From: an uncultured Candidatus Saccharibacteria bacterium
GTDB taxonomy: Bacteria; Patescibacteriota; Minisyncoccia; UBA6257; JAUSGH01
Direction: 5' to 3'
DNA length: 64,000 bases
Assembly: GCA_964360025.1 (NCBI GenBank)
Contig: CAYHUD010000002.1
Coordinates: 3,602-67,601, forward strand
The notes below the pieces were generated by a model. The model worked only from the letters and a program-made list of their open reading frames with translations, did not search any database and was not told where the DNA came from. Below are positions 1 to 9,236 of the stretch, piece after piece. The translations under genes and the position numbers were made by a program. Each line of letters begins with the position of its first letter. Within the stretch, counting starts at the first letter, position 1.

Positions 1-31
1 CCGCCGTATGTTAAAATAAAGATACTTAGCA

Positions 32-1318
32 ATGGAAAATCTTCAGCCTATTTTACAAGCACTTTATGATTTTTGGGATATCACTAGGGGATTCATCGGG
101 TTCACCTGGTGGTTTTGGCTTTTTCTGGCATTACTCCCCACTTTTCGCTCTGCTTGGCTTGCGTGGAAGCAGTGGGAGTTTTTAGCCAAATCCAAATATA
201 TTTTCTTGGAAATGCGCGTTCCCCGCGAGGTTATGAAAAGTCCGAAGGGTATGGATCAGGTGCTCCACGCTATTCATAACCTCGGCAATTCTCCGGCTGA
301 TTGGCAGGATAAATATCAAGCAGGTGAGGTGCCTCGTCCTTTTACCTTTGAAATCGTGAGTTTTGGCGGCGAGACGCACTTTTATATGCGTTGTTTTTTC
401 AAGCTTAAGGGTTTGGTGGAAGCGTCTTTTTTCGCCTACTATCCCGACGTGGAAATTATTGAGACCGACGATTTTATGGAGCGTATTCCTAAAAATTTTG
501 CCGAGCTGGAAAGCAAGGGTTATGATCTTTTTGGCACAGAGATGGTGCTTGTTAAGGACTCTGTTTATCCACTCCGCACTTATGTTGACTTTGAAACTCC
601 CGACGAGGATAAACAGTTTGACCCCATCTCTACGGTTTTAGAGGTGATGAGCAAGTTAAAGCCGGAGGAGTTTATTGGGGTGCAGATCAATGTTGCGCAG
701 GCCAATGACTGGCCAAAAAAATGGGACGGAGTAGTTAAGGAACTTAGGAAGTCTACGGTTAAGACGGAAGAGGGTTTTAATCTTTTGCAGATGAAGTCAC
801 CGCGTCAGACGAAAGTTTTGGAGGCGGTGGAAGAAAACCTTTCCAAGCCGGCTTTTGAGGCCAGTATCCGTTTTATTTATTTCTCGCCCAAAACCATGTT
901 TTATGACTCATTCCCGCGTCGCGGCATTGTCGGAGCTTTTAACCAATACGCCGCCCAGGATATGAATGCTTTCCGTCAGAATTTTAAAATGATGACTTTA
1001 ACCAAGCTCATCAAGAGCCCATATGTTTTTCCGGCAACGCGTATGAAGATGCGCAAAAAACGCATGCTTTTAAATTTTCAGACGCGTGAAACACCGTCTG
1101 AGACCTTTATTGCATGGCTTCTGTCTAACCACACGTTTAATTGGTATCACTCTCAAAGTACGGAAATTAATACCGAAGTTTTAGCCACGCTTTATCATCC
1201 GCCAACTCATTTGGTTTTAACCGCTCCGCATATGGAGCGTATTGAAAGCCGGAAGGGTGGTCCCGGCGCCGCTCTGCCTATTTACGGCGATGAAAAAGCT
1301 ATAGAGAAATTCCAATAA
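32..1318 (+). CDS. Hypothetical membrane-anchored protein (N-terminal two-helix TM hairpin plus a roughly 370-aa soluble domain); first gene of a putative three-gene ATPase module
   Basis: Long ORF in the compact coding style of the window. The hydrophobic N-terminus (FIGFTWWFWLFLALLPTF) looks like a TM hairpin. The gene sits 1 nt upstream of the next ORF. I recognise no family. Confidence 0.6.
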   Translation: MENLQPILQALYDFWDITRGFIGFTWWFWLFLALLPTFRSAWLAWKQWEFLAKSKYIFLEMRVPREVMKSPKGMDQVLHAIHNLGNSPADWQDKYQAGEVPRPFTFEIVSFGGETHFYMRCFFKLKGLVEASFFAYYPDVEIIETDDFMERIPKNFAELESKGYDLFGTEMVLVKDSVYPLRTYVDFETPDEDKQFDPISTVLEVMSKLKPEEFIGVQINVAQANDWPKKWDGVVKELRKSTVKTEEGFNLLQMKSPRQTKVLEAVEENLSKPAFEASIRFIYFSPKTMFYDSFPRRGIVGAFNQYAAQDMNAFRQNFKMMTLTKLIKSPYVFPATRMKMRKKRMLLNFQTRETPSETFIAWLLSNHTFNWYHSQSTEINTEVLATLYHPPTHLVLTAPHMERIESRKGGPGAALPIYGDEKAIEKFQ

Positions 1319-1319
1319 T

Positions 1320-1940
1320 ATGCCTCCGCCGCCATTTAACAAACCCGAACCGGCAAAAGATATTTGGTTTGAAATAATCATCCTTCTGGTGTTTATCGCT
1401 ATTTTCGGCGGGGCTCTTTTGGGGCTTTTATATTCCGAAGCGCTCGCGGCGACCGAGACTATTTTGGCAATTATTGATGTTATCATCAAGCCGATTTTTA
1501 TAGTTTTTGACATCATCCTTATATACGGCATTATCTACGCGATAGCTAGGGCCTGGCCTTATCGTCCGACCTTGCATCTGTTTGAGAAGCCACCGGAGAA
1601 GCGCAGGGGCGTTATTAAAGATCCGCGTATTGCCGCGGCTTGGGCGCGTATTATGGAGAAGGCCTCGGCAGACACGCTGGAAAGTTTGCGTTTGGCTATT
1701 ATTGAGGCCGACGCCCTAGTGGACTCGGTTTTAAAGAATGCCGGCTACGAAGGTGATCATCTGGCCGATCGTTTACAGGAGATCTTACCCGAAGAGGTGC
1801 CGAGTTTAGAGCGGCTCTGGAGAGCGCATCGTTTAAGAAACGATATTGTGCACACCCCGGGATTTGCGGTCTTGCCCCAGGACGCCCGCTTTGCTTTATC
1901 ATCGTTTGAAAAATTCCTGAAAGAATTAAACGCGCTATAA
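1320..1940 (+). CDS. Small membrane protein (two TM helices plus a cytoplasmic alpha-helical domain); possibly the detached TM module of the downstream coupling-protein-like ATPase
   Basis: The ORF has two clear hydrophobic segments (IWFEIIILLVFIAIFGGALLGLL and IFIVFDIILIYGIIYAIA). It lies 30 nt upstream of the ATPase gene on the same strand. Confidence 0.55.
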   Translation: MPPPPFNKPEPAKDIWFEIIILLVFIAIFGGALLGLLYSEALAATETILAIIDVIIKPIFIVFDIILIYGIIYAIARAWPYRPTLHLFEKPPEKRRGVIKDPRIAAAWARIMEKASADTLESLRLAIIEADALVDSVLKNAGYEGDHLADRLQEILPEEVPSLERLWRAHRLRNDIVHTPGFAVLPQDARFALSSFEKFLKELNAL

Positions 1941-1970
1941 TTAACGGGTGAATGAATTAAAATAAAGGAA

Positions 1971-3749
1971 ATGGATGCTTTTATGGATAGAGAATTTAAT
2001 GCCGACGAGGGTAAATCTACAAAGGATGTGGTTTATTTCGGACGCACTGATTTCAGGAATGCAGAGCGACTTTTTGGTATTCAGAGAAAAGACCGCCGTC
2101 AGCATATGTATGTCATCGGTAAAACAGGAACCGGCAAGTCCGTTTTACTGCACAACCTGATCGTTCAGGATATCGTAAACGGCGACGGTGTTTGCGTGGT
2201 TGATCCGCACGGCGAGTTGATTGAGAGCGTTTTGAATAAAATTCCCAAAGAGCGCGCGAACGACGTCGTCTACTTTAATCCGGCCGATACGGACTTCCCG
2301 ATCGGTTTCAACGTTTTGGAGGTGCCGGATCCCAAGTATAAGCATTTAGTCGCTTCGGGACTCATGGGCATCTTTACCAAGATCTGGTCCAATGTCTGGT
2401 CGGCAAGAATGGAATATATTTTAAATAACGCCATCTTGGCTCTTTTGGATACCCCGAATACCACGCTTTTAGGCATCCCGCGTTTGCTTGTTGATAAAGA
2501 TTATCGCCAGCAGATTATCGCCAACCTGAAAGACCCCGTAGTTCGCGCTTTTTGGGTAAACGAATACGAGGAGTGGCAGGATAAGTTCAGAAGCGAGGCG
2601 ATTGCGCCTATTCAAAACAAAGTCGGTCAATTTCTTTCTACGGCGATCGTCCGAAACGTGGTGGGGCAGGCAAAAAGCACCATCAACATTTTTGATTTGA
2701 TGAATCAAAAAAAGATTTTTCTCGTTAACGTGTCCAAGGGCAGGATCGGAGAGGACAACTCGGCGCTTCTGGGGGCAATGATTATCACGCAGGTGCAGTT
2801 GTCCGCTATGGAGCGCGTGCGTATTCCGGAAGAGACACGCCAGGACTTTTATCTTTACGTTGACGAGTTTCAGAACTTCGCCACCGATTCTTTCGCGAGT
2901 ATTCTATCCGAAGCCAGAAAATATCGTCTCAATCTTATTCTGGCTCACCAATATGTCGGTCAGCTTGTTACGGATGTTTCTACGAGAGTTAGGGACGCCG
3001 TGTTTGGTAACGTGGGCACGATGATTATATTTCGCGTGGGAGCGGCGGATGCCGAGTTTTTAGAGCCGGAGTTTGAACCGGAGTTTGTTATTCAGGACAT
3101 TGTAAACATTCCCAATTATCATATTTATCTAAAAATGATGGTCGGCGGGGTTACTTGCCGTCCTTTTTCAGCAAAAACACTCCCGCCTTTCAAGCTTAAT
3201 GCCGAAGCATTAACAGCCGGAGAAATTATTGAAATTTCACGTAAGGGATATGCCAAGCCCATCCAAGAAATTGAGGGAGAAATCAATCGTTGGAGCGAGG
3301 TGGTGGTTTCCGGCATGGGGGATAAGGTGGAGCGCAAGTCTGAAAGTAAAAAGAGCGCCAAAGAGCTTTTCCCCGCCGTTTGTTCTATGTGCGGCAAAAA
3401 AATAGAGGTTCCCTTTAAGCCCACGCAGGGTCGCCCTATCTACTGCCTGGAAGATATGGAAAAGATTAAGATAAAACAAATTCAACCGCTTGATCCGGGG
3501 ATTTCCGAAAAACACGAAGAGGCAAAACCCGTCAAGGAACCGGCTGTGGTTTTACCAGAGCGCAAAGCGCCTGAAGAAAAATTTATTTCATTAAGAGATC
3601 TGGTGTCAGATCAATCCGCGGAGTCCGAAGTTGAAGAGAAGTCGGAAGTAAGAGCGGCAATAGAGACGAAGAAAGCATCTCCCGATATCCAAAGCATTAA
3701 AGATTTGATTAAGAAAGCTACCGGCAGAAACATGGAAGAAAAAAAATAA
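1971..3749 (+). CDS. Soluble FtsK/HerA/TraG-VirD4-superfamily P-loop ATPase (type IV coupling-protein-like) with a C-terminal CxxC...YC zinc-ribbon-like motif
   Basis: Walker A (VIGKTGTGKS) and Walker B (LYVDEFQNF) are present. An R...LILAHQYVGQL block resembles the TraG/VirD4 sQ..QL motif. The C-terminus carries CSMCGKK...RPIYC followed by an acidic low-complexity tail. There is no N-terminal TM segment. Confidence 0.7.
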   Translation: MDAFMDREFNADEGKSTKDVVYFGRTDFRNAERLFGIQRKDRRQHMYVIGKTGTGKSVLLHNLIVQDIVNGDGVCVVDPHGELIESVLNKIPKERANDVVYFNPADTDFPIGFNVLEVPDPKYKHLVASGLMGIFTKIWSNVWSARMEYILNNAILALLDTPNTTLLGIPRLLVDKDYRQQIIANLKDPVVRAFWVNEYEEWQDKFRSEAIAPIQNKVGQFLSTAIVRNVVGQAKSTINIFDLMNQKKIFLVNVSKGRIGEDNSALLGAMIITQVQLSAMERVRIPEETRQDFYLYVDEFQNFATDSFASILSEARKYRLNLILAHQYVGQLVTDVSTRVRDAVFGNVGTMIIFRVGAADAEFLEPEFEPEFVIQDIVNIPNYHIYLKMMVGGVTCRPFSAKTLPPFKLNAEALTAGEIIEISRKGYAKPIQEIEGEINRWSEVVVSGMGDKVERKSESKKSAKELFPAVCSMCGKKIEVPFKPTQGRPIYCLEDMEKIKIKQIQPLDPGISEKHEEAKPVKEPAVVLPERKAPEEKFISLRDLVSDQSAESEVEEKSEVRAAIETKKASPDIQSIKDLIKKATGRNMEEKK

Positions 3750-3766
3750 TCCGCCTAAGGGCCGGA

Positions 3767-4339
3767 TTATTTACTTTTTTCCACTCTTTCCACGTATTCT
3801 CCCGTTTGCGTATTGATTTTGATCAGGTCGCCCGTATTTACGAAAAGAGGAACCTGGATGGTAGCTCCCGTTTCAAGTTCCGCGGCCTTTGATCCGCCCT
3901 GTGCGGTATTACCCCGTTCTCCCGGCGGAGTTTCTTTTACTAGCAAGTCCATTTTGATCGGCGCTTCAATATTAATTATTTTATCACCCCACTTGACTGC
4001 CGTAACATCGGTATTGGCTTTTAGAAACTTTGCCGCAGACCCCACGGCCTCTTCTTTAAGCGAGAATCTCTTGGAGGGGTCATTTTTGGGTGTAAACCAG
4101 CACTCACCTTTATTTTTATAGATGAATTTTATCGGTTCTTTTTCAATTTCCACTTCTTCAAAACGTTCATTTTGATGAAAATTACGAGTTAAAATTTTGC
4201 CCGTTAAAAGGCTTTTAAATTCCACCTGCGCCACCGGTTTTCTTTGTTGCATTCTTAAAAAAGCGTAGGCCAGAACTTCATATGGCTCGCCCTCGTAGAG
4301 AAATGCCGTCCCAATTTTTAAATCATCATAATTCAGCAT
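3767..4339 (-). CDS. efp: Translation elongation factor P
   Basis: KIGTAFLYEGEPYEVL is a typical EF-P N-terminus and the three-domain length fits. The likely start is the internal Met (MLNYDDLKIG), 13 codons into the tracked ORF 3767..4378. Confidence 0.9.
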   Translation of the reverse strand: MLNYDDLKIGTAFLYEGEPYEVLAYAFLRMQQRKPVAQVEFKSLLTGKILTRNFHQNERFEEVEIEKEPIKFIYKNKGECWFTPKNDPSKRFSLKEEAVGSAAKFLKANTDVTAVKWGDKIINIEAPIKMDLLVKETPPGERGNTAQGGSKAAELETGATIQVPLFVNTGDLIKINTQTGEYVERVEKSK

Positions 4340-4494
4340 ACGAAAAATATTATACTGCAGAGGACTGTTTATCGTCAATATGTTGAACTGGAGGATATAT
4401 TAAATGCTATAATATATAATATATCGAGGACATCTTAAAATTACGCCTATGCCCGATAAATTTAAGGACATTTTTCGTTATTTCAGAAGACATT

Positions 4495-5967
4495 TTGCCG
4501 CTGATTTTATTTATTTTACTAGCTGTTTTCGCTTTCGCTATTGGTTTCTATGGTTATGTTGAGTTAAAAAAAGATTGGACGCGGAGTTTGTATTTTCAGA
4601 GAAAACTTACGGCATCTATTGCCGCCACCATGCTTCGGGAACGACTTAGTGGTTTGGTTGATGTCAGCGTTTTATTGGCGGGCATGGTAGATGTGCGGGA
4701 GCACATTGAAGCCGGTGAGTGGGACGAAGCTGTTAAACATATCGGTTTGGGTTTTCTTAAGTCCGGTGTTGTTGATCATGTTTTTATCGCTGATCCCATG
4801 GGTACATTCAGAGCGGATACCCCACCATCGCCCGAATTAATCGGGCAGAATTTTGCTTGGCGTGATTGGTATAAAGGGGTTTCTAAAGAAAAGAATGGAA
4901 GCCTTATGTTTCCGAGGTTTAATAAGAGAAAAATCATTCCAGAATATAACGTAGTTGCGGTAACCGTGCCAATTAAAAACGTCGCAAATTCTGTAATCGG
5001 CATTTTAGTTTTACAAGTTAAGTTGGATACCTTTCTGGAGTGGACCAAAGAAATAACAGTGGGGTCAAAAGGTTTCGTTTATTTCGTTGATCAAAGGGGT
5101 CAGATCGTTGCCAATCCCACATATCCATCTCAAGAAGAAATCATTGATTATTCCGCCGTGCAAGTTGTGCAAAGGGTTTTAGCTGGCGAGAGCGGCGCAG
5201 ATGTTTTCTTTAATCCGATTGAAAAAGAAGATAGACTCTCTGCTTTTGGACCGGTTGCGGAATATGGGTGGGGTGTCGTAGTTCAGCAGGATGTCATCCA
5301 AGCATTTGCGATGCGTGATCGTGACCTAAAGGTTCTATTAGCCGCATATATTTTTATGGCTATATTTTTCATAACCATATTTTTTTATACGACAAGGTTA
5401 ATCAATGGTCTAAGAAAAAGAGAGGAATTAATTGAAAGTCAGAAAAAAGCATTATTAGACAAAGAAGAATTAGAAAAGTTTTATAAGGCTGTGGCTTCCG
5501 CGGGAGAGCATATCATCATCACCGACTTCGATGGGAAAATTATTTACGCCAACAAAGCCGCCGAAGAAATCACGGGATATTCTATGAAAGAAATGTTGGG
5601 CCAAACACCGCGGCTTTGGGGCGGGTTAATGCCTCGCGAGTTTTATGAAAAAATGTGGAAGACGATTAAGGAGGACAAGAAGCCGTTTCGTGGGGAAATT
5701 CAAAATAAAAAGAAAAATGGTCAATTATATTTCGCGAATACGCGCATCTCTCCTGTTCTGGATGAAAACGGCAATGCCAAGTTTTTTGTGGGTATTGAGC
5801 GGGATATTTCAGAGGAAAAGGCTTTGGAGAAAGCTCGTGCCGATCTTTTGACTTTAGCTTCGCATCAATTGCGCACCCCGCTCTCAGGTACGAAGTGGCT
5901 GATTGAAACGTTGCGACGGGGAGTTTTGGGTCGGATTAATAAAAAACAAGTCGCGTATCTTGACTAG
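4495..5967 (+). CDS. Sensor histidine kinase, N-terminal portion (TM, Cache-like extracytoplasmic domain, second TM, PAS, H-box/DHp helix 1); terminated by an in-frame TAG
   Basis: A TM segment starts the ORF and a second TM (LLAAYIFMAIFFITIFFY) follows a Cache-like periplasmic region. The PAS region carries GEHIIITDFDGKIIYANKAAEEITGY. The H-box is LASHQLRTPLSGTKWLIETL. The ORF begins with TTG in the track. Confidence 0.75.
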   Translation: MPLILFILLAVFAFAIGFYGYVELKKDWTRSLYFQRKLTASIAATMLRERLSGLVDVSVLLAGMVDVREHIEAGEWDEAVKHIGLGFLKSGVVDHVFIADPMGTFRADTPPSPELIGQNFAWRDWYKGVSKEKNGSLMFPRFNKRKIIPEYNVVAVTVPIKNVANSVIGILVLQVKLDTFLEWTKEITVGSKGFVYFVDQRGQIVANPTYPSQEEIIDYSAVQVVQRVLAGESGADVFFNPIEKEDRLSAFGPVAEYGWGVVVQQDVIQAFAMRDRDLKVLLAAYIFMAIFFITIFFYTTRLINGLRKREELIESQKKALLDKEELEKFYKAVASAGEHIIITDFDGKIIYANKAAEEITGYSMKEMLGQTPRLWGGLMPREFYEKMWKTIKEDKKPFRGEIQNKKKNGQLYFANTRISPVLDENGNAKFFVGIERDISEEKALEKARADLLTLASHQLRTPLSGTKWLIETLRRGVLGRINKKQVAYLD

Positions 5968-5988
5968 ATCTATTCCATTAACGAACGG

Positions 5989-6516
5989 ATGATTAAGCTT
6001 GTTTGCGACATGTTAAACACCCCGAAGATTGAAAGCGAAAGGAGTGAAATTTGGTTGCAAAAGATCGCTTATGCGGATGTCATAAAACATATTAAAGAAA
6101 TGTTGGGACCGGCCGCGGAAGAAAGAGGTGTCAAATTAAAGACAGAAGTTATTGGCAAAGAGAATTATTCCATTAACACGGATAAACAGATTCTGGGCAT
6201 TATTCTTGAGTGTCTTGTGGCTAACGCCATCAATTATTCCTCTTCCGGACAGGAAATTGTGCTTGATATACGAAAAGAAGGCGAATATTTTATCTTTTCT
6301 GTAAAAGATTCGGGTATCGGCATTCCCAAAGAGGAGCAAGATCGTATTTTTGAGCGTTTTTATCGTGCCGCCAACGCGAAAACTTTTAAACCGGACGGGA
6401 CCGGACTCGGTCTTAATCTCGCCCAAATGCTGGCGCAGAGGATCGGAGCTAAGATAACTTTTGAGTCGGAAGTCGGGAGGGGGTCTATATTTTACCTCCG
6501 TATTCCGCGGGGGTGA
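5989..6516 (+). CDS. Histidine kinase C-terminal portion (DHp helix 2 plus HATPase_c catalytic domain), in frame with the upstream fragment
   Basis: HATPase_c motifs are present: N box (NAINYS), G1 (DSGIGIP) and G2 (GTGLGLNLAQ). The frame is the same as 4495..5967, with only a TAG codon and 7 further codons between them. Confidence 0.75.
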   Translation: MIKLVCDMLNTPKIESERSEIWLQKIAYADVIKHIKEMLGPAAEERGVKLKTEVIGKENYSINTDKQILGIILECLVANAINYSSSGQEIVLDIRKEGEYFIFSVKDSGIGIPKEEQDRIFERFYRAANAKTFKPDGTGLGLNLAQMLAQRIGAKITFESEVGRGSIFYLRIPRG

Positions 6517-6585
6517 TATTAGGATGAGGTAGATTTTATAAATTGCGGAGGTCGCCCAGCTATTATTTGCACCCTACGTTCCAGA

Positions 6586-6996
6586 GTGTATAATAAAAAT
6601 ATGCCCAGGATATTAATTGCCGAAGACGAAGAATTCTTGATTATGGCTCTAAAAGACAATCTAGAGTCCGAAGATTATAATGTTGATGTCGCGAGAGACG
6701 GCGAAGAGGTGTTAAAACAGCTTAAAAAACACAAGCCTCAGATTGTGCTTTTAGACCTTTTAATGCCCCAAAAGGATGGTTTTTATGTCTTGGAGGAAAT
6801 GAAGAAAAATCCGGAGTGGAAATTGATTCCGGTGATTGTGCTCTCTAATTTAGGAGGTGATGCCGATATCAAAAGGGCTCTGGCATTGGGCGCTGAAGAT
6901 TATTTTATCAAGTCCCAGCACCCCATTGAGGAGGTTATTGATAAAATTAAAGAATATTCGCAAGGGAAGAGTTTTGTAAAAAAAGAGAGTGCTTAG
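6586..6996 (+). CDS. Stand-alone response-regulator receiver (REC) domain protein
   Basis: CheY-like layout: ILIAEDEE, the acceptor Asp in VLLDLLMP, and the conserved Lys region (EDYFIKS). No output domain in 136 aa. Confidence 0.85.
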   Translation: MYNKNMPRILIAEDEEFLIMALKDNLESEDYNVDVARDGEEVLKQLKKHKPQIVLLDLLMPQKDGFYVLEEMKKNPEWKLIPVIVLSNLGGDADIKRALALGAEDYFIKSQHPIEEVIDKIKEYSQGKSFVKKESA

Positions 6997-7034
6997 CAAT
7001 ATTCGGATTATGGGGTGGATGAATCTTTAATAAA

Positions 7035-8771
7035 ATGAAAAAAGGTACATTGATAATCGGATTCATGGTGGTGGCTACGGGGTTGCTTTTGACATCTTCG
7101 GCTGAAGCGGCGTCGTTCTTTTTTTCGCCTTCCAGTTTTGAAACCGGCGTGGGAGGAAAGGTGATCATGAATCTCAAAATCAATAGCGATGAAGCTAGTC
7201 TTAATGCCGCTCAGACTATCATTAATTTCCCGCCAAGCAATCTGGAGGTTGTTTCCGTGGATAAAGAAGGATCCATCTTTAATTTTTGGCTGGAAGACCC
7301 TGAGTTTTCCAATACTAACGGCACTATTTCCCTTGCCGGAGGAACGCCTAATGGCGTATCCGGAAGTTCGCTTCAAGTTTTAAAGATTACTTTCGTCGCC
7401 AAGGGAAGCGGCAGTGGCTCCATAACTTTAACCGATGCCGCGATTGCGGCATCTGACGGCAGCGGTACAAATATTTTATCTAAGATACTGGACTCGGCTT
7501 TTGTCATTACTACCGCGCGCGAAACGGCTCCTGTGGCAAAACCGGCGGCGGAGGTTATTCCTGTGCCGACTCAAATAGTAAGAAAGGCTGTTCCTACGGG
7601 CAAGCTCCCGATCAAGCCCGTGATTGTCATTCCGCTTTTTCCCGAAGAAGCAAGGTGGTACAACTTTGTCGGTCCGTTTGTCGCCAGCTGGGGATTGCCG
7701 GAAGATGTGACGGATGTGGCAACGGCGATTGATAAAGCTCCCAAGTTCGCGCCTACGAAATCCGAGGGGTTGTTTGACAATAAGGCCTTTCCCGCTCCGG
7801 TTGATGGGGCTTCTTATCTGCATGTTCGCTTTAAAAACAATGTTGGTTGGGGACCCGCCGCCCACTATCGCTTGGCTGTGGATACCGCACCACCGCTCGC
7901 TTTTGAAATCAAGGTTTTAGAGGGTAATTCCACGGATAATCCGACTCCCACTTTGCAATTTGAAACAAGCGACGCGCTTTCAGGATTGGATGAATATCAG
8001 ATTAAAGTTGGTGAGAGTAGTGCTGTAGTTGTTTCATCCGTCGGGTTTAAGAAGTCGGCTATTTTGCCTCTGCAGTCACCCGGTAAAAAGCGGATTATTG
8101 TAAAGGCCACCGACTTTGCGGGAAATGGAATAGAAAGCATGGTGGATTTGGAAATCACCCCTATCCCACAGCCAGTCATCACTTTTGTGACTAAACAGCT
8201 TTTTTCCGATGAAAATCAGGGGCTCGTGATACGGGGCACGGCCGTGACTGGAACCAGGCTTTCCTTGCGGCTTTATTTTGGAACTGAGTTGGTTGCTGAC
8301 AAAAAACCAGCAGTGGATTCTTTGGGAAATTGGGAGTTTGCTTTTGACGAACAGTTAAAAAACGGTAAATATAAAATCATTGCCCAGAGCTCGGATTTGA
8401 GAGGAGCCCTTTCTTTAGACGTGGATTCCGGAACGATTACAGTCAAAGACAAGCCGATTGTTCAATTTGGATCATTGCAGTTGGGCAAGGGCGGAGCCGG
8501 AATCTTGTTGCTTGTAATTTTAGTTTTTGGTTTTGGGAGCGGTATATGGTTCTATAAAAGAAGACAGAAGAAGCTGTCGCTTAGAGTCTCTTTTACCGCT
8601 TCGGAGATATCAAAAATATTTCAATTGATCGGCGAGGATGTTAAGTCCGTACAGAAAGCATTGGAAACTCCCACTACGGCGGATGACCAATATAGTCTGA
8701 CTAAGTTGAGAGATAATCTTAAGAAAATGGAAGTTTATCTTAGAAAAGGTTTGGAAAAAATTGAAAAATAA
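7035..8771 (+). CDS. Cell-surface protein with a signal peptide, an N-terminal cohesin-like domain, Ig-like repeats, a C-terminal TM anchor and a cytoplasmic coiled-coil tail
   Basis: Signal peptide MKKGTLIIGFMVVATGLLLTSSAEA. The cohesin-like block is NLKINSDEASLNAAQTIINFPPSNLEVVSVDK...ITFVAKGSGSGSITLTDAA. The TM anchor is ILLLVILVFGFGSGIWFY followed by RRQKK. Confidence 0.7.
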   Translation: MKKGTLIIGFMVVATGLLLTSSAEAASFFFSPSSFETGVGGKVIMNLKINSDEASLNAAQTIINFPPSNLEVVSVDKEGSIFNFWLEDPEFSNTNGTISLAGGTPNGVSGSSLQVLKITFVAKGSGSGSITLTDAAIAASDGSGTNILSKILDSAFVITTARETAPVAKPAAEVIPVPTQIVRKAVPTGKLPIKPVIVIPLFPEEARWYNFVGPFVASWGLPEDVTDVATAIDKAPKFAPTKSEGLFDNKAFPAPVDGASYLHVRFKNNVGWGPAAHYRLAVDTAPPLAFEIKVLEGNSTDNPTPTLQFETSDALSGLDEYQIKVGESSAVVVSSVGFKKSAILPLQSPGKKRIIVKATDFAGNGIESMVDLEITPIPQPVITFVTKQLFSDENQGLVIRGTAVTGTRLSLRLYFGTELVADKKPAVDSLGNWEFAFDEQLKNGKYKIIAQSSDLRGALSLDVDSGTITVKDKPIVQFGSLQLGKGGAGILLLVILVFGFGSGIWFYKRRQKKLSLRVSFTASEISKIFQLIGEDVKSVQKALETPTTADDQYSLTKLRDNLKKMEVYLRKGLEKIEK

Positions 8772-8774
8772 ATT

Positions 8775-9176
8775 ATGAAAGAAACGCAAAAGAAAATATT
8801 GGCGGTATTGATCGTGGAAGACGAAGCGGCCGTTTCCGGAGTTTTAAGAGATAACTTGGAGAATGAGGGATTTGAGGTTTTTATCGCCACTGATGGCGAA
8901 GAGGGTTTGAACATGGCTTTAAAAGAAAAGCCTGATCTGATACTTTTAGACATTTTACTTCCCAAAATTGACGGCACGACCGTCATGCAAAAATTAAGAG
9001 AAGATTCTTGGGGTAAAACAGTGCCCATCATCCTTTTAACAAATTTAGAGGCCGATGCGGAGAAAATGAGAAGGGTGGCTAAAGATGAACCCGCTTACTA
9101 TATGGTTAAGAGCGCATGGAAAATGGAAGATGTTGTCGCTAAAGTTAAAGAGGTCTTGGAAACGGATAAGAAATAA
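8775..9176 (+). CDS. Stand-alone response-regulator receiver (REC) domain protein
   Basis: LIVEDEAAV, the acceptor Asp in LILLDILLP, and the conserved Lys region. 133 aa with no output domain. Confidence 0.85.
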   Translation: MKETQKKILAVLIVEDEAAVSGVLRDNLENEGFEVFIATDGEEGLNMALKEKPDLILLDILLPKIDGTTVMQKLREDSWGKTVPIILLTNLEADAEKMRRVAKDEPAYYMVKSAWKMEDVVAKVKEVLETDKK

Positions 9177-9236
9177 CTTTTGGAGAACATAGATGACAAA
9201 AATATAGGGAAGTGTTAGAATAGAGCGACAAACCCT

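Noticed and set aside
5965-5967. Possible UAG reassignment or suppression as a genome-wide feature
   Set aside because: TAG is the natural stop of lepA (24133-24135), ftsX, the formyltransferase and ORF 11009..11737, all at the expected protein lengths. The in-frame TAG in the kinase is therefore a local event.
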